DNA of 64,000 bases, from NCBI RefSeq assembly GCF_009914755.1, contig NC_060933.1. The stretch is one strand, 5' to 3'. Shown here one piece after another: positions 48,900 through 64,000 of this stretch (the first letter of the stretch is position 1; every line of letters begins with the position of its first letter). Under the pieces are notes generated by a model that had not been told where the DNA came from, did no database searches, and saw only the letters and a list, made by a program, of their open reading frames with translations. Source of the DNA: the human T2T-CHM13v2.0 reference genome, Homo sapiens. Position numbers and translations under genes: made by a program.

Positions 48900-49330
48900 C
48901 TTTTATTCTAATCCAGCTGTGCCGCGTTAATAAGGCTTTGACGAGATCCAGCTCTGTATTTGGTAGAGTTAACATATTTGATATTTACCTCAGCTATTTG
49001 TTGTCTGTTTAATAAGTTTGGTTTGTCATCCCAGATGCACATTATTTAGGAGTGTATAATCACATACAATTGTTTACGCTATTTACTGTTTGCTTTCAAG
49101 TCTTGCCAAGACGGACTTGGTGTAAACTAGCTGTCTGCAGCAGCCACACTAAGTTAAGCCTTTAAAAGGGTCTAATTGGGCTTATATAAATAAACACAAC
49201 GATATGGAAAATAACTCCACATAACGTTTACTACACTGCTGGCCGGCTGGCAAATATGCAGACCTTCTCTCTTGTGGAATAGATAGAAGTAAATCTTACT
49301 CAGAAGGGTATAGAGAGCTATTTAAGTTTT
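48900..49330. promoter_or_regulatory. Candidate enhancer: forkhead motif cluster in repeat-free DNA
   Basis: TGTTTAC 49071, TATTTAC 49080, TGTTTGC 49087, TAAATAAACA 49187, GCAAATA 49250, plus E-boxes. Confidence 0.4.
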
Positions 49331-49347
49331 AATTTAGAGCTCATCCA

Positions 49348-49367
49348 ACTCTCTCTCTCTCTGTCTT

Positions 49368-49407
<40 letters not shown>
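49348..49407. repeat. (CT)n plus (CA)n compound microsatellite
   Basis: Seen directly. Confidence 0.95.
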
Positions 49408-49410
<3 letters not shown>

Positions 49411-49853
49411 AAAAATCCTTTCAGTGGCAATAAATTTTAATCATGTAGTCAGTAAAGCTTGACTCTGGCTTTTATTCTTAGAGAAAATGGTCAGTGAAGC
49501 AAATCTCATATCTACTCATTACAAGGCCAATGGGCAGGTCATGATAACTGAGGGACCACAGATGCTCTGGTTATGTTTTAAACTAATAAAGGAGACCAGC
49601 AAAAATTCAACTAACCACTTAGGCACATGAAAAGAAGCAGAGCATAAGGGAGGCAGCATCTTTCCAAAAATGTTCAGCACGATTCCTTGTTGTACAAAAA
49701 TTCAGTGGTTATGTCTTTCTGATGGAAGCTGCAGGAGCTCTGTGGCAGTCTTTGTGTATGAAAAAATTACAGTATGATGTAGGAGTTTTAGGACGGGCTG
49801 AGAATTAATTATTACTGGGTAAAAGGTACATTTTACAGTCATTTCATCAATAA

Positions 49854-50253
<400 letters not shown>

Positions 50254-50704
50254 CTATCTTCGTTCTTGAAGAATGAGTCATTTAGGATACTTTGTCTTCT
50301 TTATGCTTTTGTTCATGCTGACCCCCTCCAGTGAAATACCCTCCACTGCCGACCTCGGGATAGAGGCACACCCTTTGGAACTGTTTTCAATTGCTAGTTC
50401 TACTTGGACCCTTATTTGTGGCTAATTCCTTCTGCTTTGAATTCCACGTACTTATGTAAACCTGTTTGTTTCACAATGTCTTCAGGGCAAAGGGCAGATC
50501 CTGTGGATCTTTGTATCCTGTGCTTAACAAGATATAGTATGTATTCAATCAACATCTGTTGGATCCATAAATGAATGAATGAACAATATTAATAGCTCCT
50601 TGGAAAATGGCAAGCTATTTTAATACCTTACTCAAGTGTTTGAATTTACCCTCTCTGAAATGGTATCAGGACGGTACTTAAACTGGTCCACATTGTTTAA
50701 TTAA

Positions 50705-51379
<675 letters not shown>

Positions 51380-51394
51380 AGCAAGTTTTATTTA

Positions 51395-51670
51395 AATGTT
51401 TTTTGGAATTATTGTTGATTTTGGAGTGTATGATGATGATATTATAGTTATGTTTAAAAGGGGGAAATACATGCTGAAATATTTAGACATAAAATTAGAT
51501 GATGTCTGAAATTCGCTTCAAGATAGCCAGAGAGAATTAAAGAGTATAGATGAAACAAGACTGGCCATAAATTGATTGTTATTGAAGCTGGGTGATGAAT
51601 ACATGGAGGTTCATTTAACTATTTCATCTCCTTTTGCACATGTTTAAAATTTTCTATAATGATACTAAAA
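51395..51670 (+). mobile_element. L1MC/ME 3' end
   Basis: TATAGATGAAACAAGA..TTGAAGCTGGGTGATG..ACATGGAGGTTCATT. Confidence 0.75.
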
Positions 51671-52142
51671 AAATATATTTACATTTATAGAAGAGGAGAA
51701 TCTGATGGAAGGGTCACAACTAAGCAATAAACATAAAACTGCAGACCTAAGTTTCTCCCGCTCAGGAATGCCCACAACACTGCACTTTTGGGATTAAGTA
51801 AAAGTAACAGAAATGCATGCTTGTTCCATTTCTGATTGCTCTATGGTTTAGCCCTTAAAAATTGTTCATTATCTTCCTAGAAGGCCAACAGTCATTTTCT
51901 ATGATTGCAACTTGACCACTTTCTATTACAAATGCACTTGCTATAACTGGTTATAGGAGGCATGGAAGACTAGAATGAACAAAGGAAAAAAATGTACCTC
52001 ACCACTGGGATCTCACTCAGAAATATCTTGAGATCAATACCGGGCCACCTTCATCTAGGATGTGTAAGTGAAAAATCTTCCACTTCTCATTCCCCGTTAT
52101 GTCCCATTCTAGCAATTTTCATGACTCCTACTATTTTTGGGG

Positions 52143-52278
52143 TAGGGTTGCTGGTAAAAATTTAGGCTGCTAAATTAAATTTGAATTTCAGAGAAATAAC
52201 AAATACTTTTTAAAGTATAAGTATCTCAAATATTGCATGGGACATACTTATTTTTATTTGCTAAATTTGGCAACCCTA
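52143..52278. mobile_element. MER53, internally deleted
   Basis: Terminal inverted repeats TAGGGTTGC..GCAACCCTA; AATTTGAATTTCAG; GCATGGGACATACTTA. Confidence 0.88.
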
Positions 52279-52511
52279 CTTGTGGGGCTATGTGATATTT
52301 ATAATTCCAACAGTTAGTCAATTAATTAAAGGACCATTTTCTATACTTAGTTGATTTAATCATCTTGAAAAGCTTCATTTAGCTCTGGCCTTCACTAGAC
52401 TATTGAACTAAAAAGGCTCAACTTTACTAAAAAAAAAAAACACAAAAAAACACAAAAAAACACAAAACTATCAAATTCTGATAAGAATACCTGTATTTCC
52501 AAATCTATTTT

Positions 52512-52745
52512 TCTGTTTGTTTGTTTGTTTGTTTTTTGAGATGGAGTCTCACTCTGTCTTCCAGGCTGGAGTGCAGTGGCGCGATCTCGGCTCCCGCCAC
52601 CAAGCCCGGCTAATTTTTTGTATTTTTAGTAGAGACAGGGTTTCACTGTGTTAGCCAGGATGGTCTCGATCTCCTGACCTCGTGATCCGCCTGCCTCGGC
52701 CTCCCAAAGTGCTAGGATTACAGGAGTGAGCCACCGTGCTCGGCC
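52512..52745 (-). mobile_element. AluY with ~70-bp right-arm deletion
   Basis: Junction GATCTCGGCTC|CCGCCACC; TSD ATCTATTTTT. Confidence 0.9.
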
Positions 52746-53344
52746 ATCTATTTTTTTATTTTAAGCAAAATAGCATATATATTGTTAAAATAAAATCAAA
52801 CAATACTAAAAGGCTGACAGTGAAACGCAGCTGGCTTCTGCCACGCTCCCTCCTGATCCCCTAGATCCACTCAGTACCTAGAGCCGAGTAGCCAGCAGAA
52901 GCCGCCCTCCCTGGAGTTCTCTTTCGATCACTCAAAATAGTCTCTTGCTGTTAGGTCTTGATTTCTCAATTTTGGACATTACATATTGAGTTTCTTCTGA
53001 GAGAAGAAAGAAGAAGATTTAGTCTTTTAACTATTCTCATTCTCCCTTTGGAGTTTTCTATTACTTTTAGTGAAATCAGTAATCAAGCACCCACGTCGTT
53101 ATGACCATATGTATACTCCCTGCAGAGCCAGGTTGTGTATGCTGGGTACATTTCCTTTCTGTAGTGAAAAACCATAATTTTCTGTTGCCTCTGCATCCAC
53201 TTCAAATATAAGTGGGACTTTCTCAAACCAGAAACAGGGCTTGGTCGCCCTTGACACAGTTTCCAGTTCTCCACCTCCATCCATCTTGTTTTTGGTGTGG
53301 CTGATTCGCTATCTGCCTTACACAGCTGCCTGCTGCTGACCATC

Positions 53345-55838
<2,494 letters not shown>

Positions 55839-57689
55839 AGGTGCACTGCTCTTTTTGTCTGGGATAAGAATGTATGCTCATTCGGGGTGGCTGACAACGA
55901 TTATAGGGCTGCTAAGCTTCCTCCGAGCTATTTCCATAACGCTGCTTTGTATCTTCTTTATTGAATTGCTGTATAAAGTATAAATCATAATCCATAATTT
56001 ATAAAGCTAAAATGCCTGTAAGGCAAATAGGATTGTCTCATTCCCCTGCTTAAAACTCCTTGTTCTCAAGAAAAAGACCGGCATCTTTAATATCAGCTAA
56101 CAGACTCTGTAGAGCCTGGTCCCTCAGACCTTCTGTCCTGCTTTGCTCCTCCTCTCTTATGCAAGTTCCTTGTATGTACCATGCATCTATTGGCCACAGG
56201 ATCTTTGCATATGTTGTCCCTCTTGGAATGCTCCTCAGCCCTCATTTCCACAGGCTGATCTGACCTTCCACTGCTGTCATCGCCCCTCTGTAGGATAAGG
56301 TTTCCACTGCTCTCCCTGCTTGGCCAGCTATGCCTTAAGCCCATTACTAGTCCCATCCTCCCGTCATCCATTCTCCTTGCTGGATGGTAGAGAATTGATT
56401 TCCAGGTGCCTTACACTTCAGCTTTTCAACAAAAAATCCATTCCTAGGCTAGGGAACAAGCACGCAGAACATGAAGACTTCTTGGGAAGGGGAAAGAAGA
56501 CAACTCTTTATTCACTTCCACAGCACGAGGAAGAAACCATTTATTCTGCCATAATTATTGCATCAAAAGTAGTTCCATAATCGTATCCTTATGCATTCAT
56601 TATTCATGTAGGAAGACACTGTTTAATGGTTGAAATTCCTCTTACATACGTATTATCTTTACAGACATTACTTCTCCTCAAAGATGTCACGGTCACTGGC
56701 TCTTTGGCCACAGGCCTTTTCTGGGCACATTTCAATCAATGAAATGATTTAGTAATGTCTGCTCTTCTTTGAATTCATTCAAAAGAAAATACAGAATGTA
56801 CTAACAAGTTCTCTGAACAAAAACCAAAAGCACTGATGGAAAACTGGAGACATTCTGGAGAAACACATAAATTTTTTTTTCTGTGTTCAAAAGAATCTCC
56901 CAAGAGCCTCTCCAGTGTGACTTCACAGTGAGACTCCTGCTCTCTAAAACTCAGTTGGCAATAAGGCGCTACGTGATTTTTAAAAAGATACAAACACTGG
57001 TGATGAGAATGTTGGGGAATGTTCATCTCATTCCACACGCAACTTTATCAGAGGGCTCCTTCCTCTGAAAAGGCTAGAGGTAAATATAGAAAGAGAGGAT
57101 GCTTATAATTTTCCTTGACTTTATCTTTTCATTTCTTGAAAATCAAGGATTTTTTCCCTCAAATTAGGTTTTAATGATTTAAAAGAAACCAAAGTTCAGG
57201 ACAAAGAACATATGTAGCCCAGACTCTAATCTCAATGCCTCTCTATGAAGTAAGTCATCACATTACTTTTCTGCCAACAGTAGTAAAATAGGGCTTGGCA
57301 CAAGAAACCTCACTGAAACTATTTTGCTAGAGTCATTCTTGCACCAAATGGTGCAGCTATACACACCCAGGGAGTATGCAGGCATTTAACTTGGGGTCCC
57401 ATCTGGTAATCTGCAGACTTTAAATTTTTCCAGGGATGTGGGAGAGGGAAGGAGGCAGTGATACTGTCAAGCTGCCGAGATTTATCGCTGTCCTCTCCAT
57501 CAGCCAGCATTCTCGTATCGCCGTAGGAGATGCCACCAGTTACCCAGAAATTCTGCAGGATGAGCATGGGAATTTGCTTCATCTGCTGGATGGGGTATTT
57601 TCATGCTCTTGGCAATAAAATATCAGACTTAGGAAACACCCTTTCCTCCACCGCCTTCTAAAGAAAGGTACTCAGAAGCCAAAGTTGTG

Positions 57690-58090
57690 TTGTGTGACCT
57701 GCCCCCGGCCATAGCTGACTGAATTAGGGGTAGACACTTGACCTAAAATGGTCTTAAATATATTCCTTCTCTCAGTAATTTGGAATTGGAATTAAGAGAT
57801 CTGGTATCCCTTAGAAGGAAGAGATATAAACTTGGGGATTCTGGGATAACCATCTTTGCCCAATGCATGGCTATAGATTCAGGGAAAGTCCATCTAGGAA
57901 GAAAGGACAGTGAAGCAGAAATGCCTGAAAGCAGAAGACAGAGAAGGAGAAGAGAGAGTTCTGCAGGCTCCCAGGGTTCCTTTGACCCAGCTGCATTCCT
58001 GCTCTTGGTCTCTGAGTCACCACAGCATTTTTATAATAAATTCCCATTTTTAACTTACATGATTCTTCAAACCAGAGTCCCAACTAATAC
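57690..58090 (+). mobile_element. Old MLT1-like LTR fragment
   Basis: GACACTTGACCTAA..GACCCAGCTGCATTCCTG..AATAAATTCCC..CAACTAATAC. Confidence 0.5.
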
Positions 58091-58201
58091 GAGCATCCAA
58101 CCTTTTGTCAGGAGACAAGAGATGAGCGTTTTTGAATCCTTATATGGAAGTGTTTATATTTTAAGTAGGAATTATAGTCAGAATCTTTAAAATATTGCCG
58201 T

Positions 58202-58496
58202 GGCCGGGCGTGGTGGCTCACGCCTGTAATCCCAGCACTTTGGAAGGCCGAGGTGTGCAGATCACAAGGTCAGGAGATCGAGACAAGCCTGGCCAATATG
58301 GTGAAACCCTGTCTCTACCAAAAATAAAAAAAATTAGCCAGGCGTGGTGGTGGTCGCCTGTAGTGCCAGCTACTCAGGAGGTAAGGCAGGATAATTGCTT
58401 GAACCCAGGAGGCGAAGGTTGCAGTGAGCCAAGATCGTGCCACTGCACTCCAGCCTGGGCAATCTCAAAACATAACAGAACAAAACAAAACAAAAC
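58202..58496 (+). mobile_element. AluSc-like
   Basis: Dimer with short 3' deletion and (AAAAC)n tail. Confidence 0.92.
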
Positions 58497-58985
58497 ATTG
58501 CTGTTACTGGCAGTGATGGAATTAGAAAAGTTTGGTGACTTTTGAAAAGCCTCAGTCCAGATGAATCCCACACGTTCTTAGGAGTAATGTTTCTCTAGGT
58601 TGGGACAAACGTAAGTTTTTGCTACTGTTTGTGAAATCATTGGGCTTCTAGTGGGCAAATGTACCCCAATCCTGTCCGTTTCCAACACTGCATTGGTGGT
58701 CAGGACAATGTGCTTTCATTTGCACAAGCATGTTCAGGAGGAGTCCTCCTGCAAGGTAGATGCCCGTGTTGCTGGGACTCAGTCCCTTGTGATGGGGCCC
58801 ACCAAAGACAGTTTTGCTTGGGTTCTCTCAAAGCTATGCTGTTGGGTTTGTGCTTGGGTGAAATATTATACTGTTCTGTACTGGCTTAATGTCTGGGTTT
58901 AGATAGAATAAGCTTCCCATTAGTTCCACCCGTGGGAAACATTTTTCTTTTCATGTGTCTGCTTTTCTGCCTCCCAAGAACATGA

Positions 58986-59318
<333 letters not shown>

Positions 59319-60008
59319 CGAGTCTTATGTTTCATTCACTCATTCTTTCAATGAATAGATAAAAATGCACTGAGCACCTTCAAGAGGCCAGGCAGTGCCC
59401 AGTGTTAAGGCCAGCTGCTCCATGTTAGTCTGAAGCTAGCAAATCCACATTTCCCTCTCCCATTCTGCCCACCAGAAAGACTATCCTAGGGACACCCCAG
59501 GCCATCTATCTCCCTTTGACCTCATCCACTCTACTTTGTTTCCAGCTTTCTTGGTTTCTCAACATCCATCTCCCCTCCCCCATTTTATCTCCATTTCTTG
59601 GTTGGTTTGTCTTTTCTTGCCATCCTAGCTTTGCTATTTGGTACCTACATAGGGCAAAGTCTAAGGCTCTGATTGCTAATGCAATAAACTACTTTTATTT
59701 CCACAGTAGACTGGAGTTCTTTTGATGTCAGGGACACATTTTTTCATCTTTGTGTCCCCAGAGCCCAGAAATACACCTAATACATAGCAGCACTCAAAGT
59801 TGCTGAAAAAAAAAAATGAATGTAACGATACACATGTAATTAGCAAGAATATGTTAATGCTAAATCTTACACATACCCATTCTTACAAAGCTCACTAGTG
59901 TTAGAGAAGAAAAGATAGACCAGAGATGGGGGTAGAGGGACTAGATTCTCTTTTCTTGAAGCCAGAGGCTTTGTGCCACCCATGGCTGAACCACTATAGT
60001 GTTTACTT

Positions 60009-60296
60009 TCTTTTTTTTTGAGATGGAGTTTCGCTCTGTCGCCAGGCTGGAGTGCAGTGGCGCTATCTCAGCTACTGCAACATCCACCTCCTGAGTTCAA
60101 GCGATTCTCCCGCCTCAGCCTCCCGAGTAGCTGGGACTACAGGTGCACGCCACCACGCCCAGCTAATTTTTGTATTTTTAGTAGAGTCAGGGTTTCACCA
60201 TGTTGGCCAGGATGGTCTCGATCTCTCGACCTTGTGATCCACCTGCCTCAGCCTCCCAAAGTGCTGGGATTACAGGTGTGAGCCACCGCGCCTGGC
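60009..60296 (-). mobile_element. AluSc
   Basis: TSD TAGTGTTTACTTTC. Confidence 0.95.
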
Positions 60297-60947
60297 CCCC
60301 TAGTGTTTACTTTCAGTGGAATCCTCTGAAAACTGTTGTTGCCCCCTTCCCAAGTATAAACAAAGATTTCATTGTGAATACCACTTCCTTCACTTTCTTT
60401 CTTTCTAGGAATCATGACATTCCATCCTCTTTGGCAACAATACTTTGACATCTCCTTATGTCTCTTATTTTTTACTTTTTAGTAAAAAGAACATCATTTT
60501 CAGTCTCAGTGCCCTTGGAAATGACTCTGTCCCTTTGAGCCAGATTTTTCTCCTTGTTTACTTCTTGCATCAGGCACCAATACTCTCCACAGTGATAGAA
60601 CCTGTAGCCAAAACTGCTATATGGCTATATATAAAATCTACAGTAATCTCTCCAACCCATTTTGACCAAGTCACTGAGATGACTTGTAGCTCATGGCTGT
60701 AAACTCATCATCGTATTCGACTTTCATTTACCGCCCATCCTACTCTAGTAGGATTTTTCTCCCAGAAACTTGCAAATATTTCAAATCCTGCATTTCTATT
60801 TTGACACATTCATCCCACTTGTCTCTCATCAACCCACAGTGAGTTTTAGAGAGAATTTTTTTTGCAACAGTTCCCATCGTAGGAGATAATGACATGCAAA
60901 CCCAAGCGAGGTTTGAACAGGCTCACTCCCTTTGGTATAACGTGTGG

Positions 60948-61303
60948 GGTATTAGCCCATTTTCATACTTCTATAAAGAAATACTCAAGACTGGGTAATT
61001 TATAAAGGAAAGAGGTTTAATTGACTCACAGTTCTGCATGGCTGGGGAGGCCTCAGGAAACTTAACAATCACGGTGCAAGAGGAAGCAGGCACCTTCTTC
61101 ACAACTCAGCAGGAAAGAGAACCTGTGAAGGAGGAACTGTCAAACACTTACAAAACCAGCAGATCTCGTGAGAACTCATTCACTATCAGCATGGGGGGTG
61201 GTTTCCCCTCATGCTGCTCTACCAAATCACCTCCCTCCCTCCACACATGGGGATTACAATTCGAGATGAGATCTGGGTGGGAACATAGAGCCAAACCATA
61301 TCA
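60948..61303 (-). mobile_element. THE1C/D MaLR solo LTR
   Basis: GACTGGGTAATTTATAAAGGAAAGAGGTTTAATTGACTCACAGTTC..GCCAAACCATATCA; perfect 5-bp TSD TGTGG. Confidence 0.95.
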
Positions 61304-61592
61304 TGTGGCCAGACTATGGTGACATTTACGTGAGTCAGAAACCTGGCAGACAGGCTTTAGACAAATTTCCTTATCCTTAAGGAAATTCTTCTAAGATCTT
61401 AAAGGCTTATGCAACTATGTTTTGTATATAGGGGTAGTTATAAGAGTAGAAACTTGAAAATTTCAACCCTCCCACATCCTAAAAAATCATTTAGAGACAT
61501 TCTGTCATTACACTTGAGAAAAATGTAAGCTCAGAGAAGTCGAGTGAGTTGCTGGAGTCATATAGATAGTGGCAGAGTCAAAAATATGATTT

Positions 61593-62117
<525 letters not shown>

Positions 62118-62424
62118 TTAAATTCATGCAGAAGGGTTTCTCTAGCATATTCAAAAGAGAAAGATGGTAGCAACAACCGAAGCGAGAAGAACAAGAACAA
62201 GGTGAAACAGCAGAAGCATCAGCAATTAGTATTTAAGCATGGAAAACAAGGGTTGGTATGGAAAAGAGTGAAGAGGAAAATGTACAACAAAAAATTGCTG
62301 GAATTTTCCCTGTCTCGCTTTTAAAATGCAAGCAGCCACAACAACAAAATAATTGCAAGCATCAACAACAACAAAAATCCTACTAGCAGGGGCTAAACCT
62401 AGAAGCAACATTGTTTCTATACTA

Positions 62425-63260
<836 letters not shown>

Positions 63261-63429
63261 AAGTGAGGCTACAAAGTATTTGCTTAAGAATTTGCTTTAA
63301 GAAACTGATTTTAGGAGTTACTGCCTTCGGGCAACATATCTTCCAGGCCTTTGTTTTCTGGTCTCGTGGTCTGGGACCGGAAATGAGCCACCACTTTCTT
63401 CAAGAGGCTCTTTCATGCTATTCAGGTCT

Positions 63430-64000
<571 letters not shown>

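Noticed and set aside
57000-57068. GTGATGA..CTGA resembling a C/D box snoRNA
   Set aside because: No terminal stem and no recognisable rRNA or snRNA antisense element

Overview
This is primate (hominoid/catarrhine, probably human) non-coding genomic DNA, either intergenic or deep intronic. I recognise no protein-coding gene, rRNA, tRNA or CRISPR array. Nearly all supplied ORFs are translations of Alu, L1 or LTR sequence, or chance ORFs. The window holds about 55 Alu elements (roughly a quarter of its length), decayed L1M/L1PA, L2 and MIR fragments, about 15 solo LTRs (ERV1, LTR12, LTR16/33, MaLR), several hAT-type MITEs (MER5, MER20, MER53, MER58), microsatellites and one BC200 (BCYRN1) retrocopy with a perfect 15-bp target-site duplication (TSD). 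I found no evidence of a new multi-gene biological system. The best observations concern genome dynamics and regulation: a templated 275-bp insertion inside an Alu, a ~530-bp inversion that flips part of an L1, a probable gene-conversion tract between two inverted Alus 32 kb apart, a hairpin micro-inversion in a THE1 LTR, a tailless Alu that still has a TSD, an AluYd nested in another Alu, an LTR12 with intact promoter architecture, a CpG-retaining CTCF-like site and a dense forkhead-motif cluster. Repeat family names come from my recall of consensus sequences, so subfamily labels and the boundaries of old elements are approximate.
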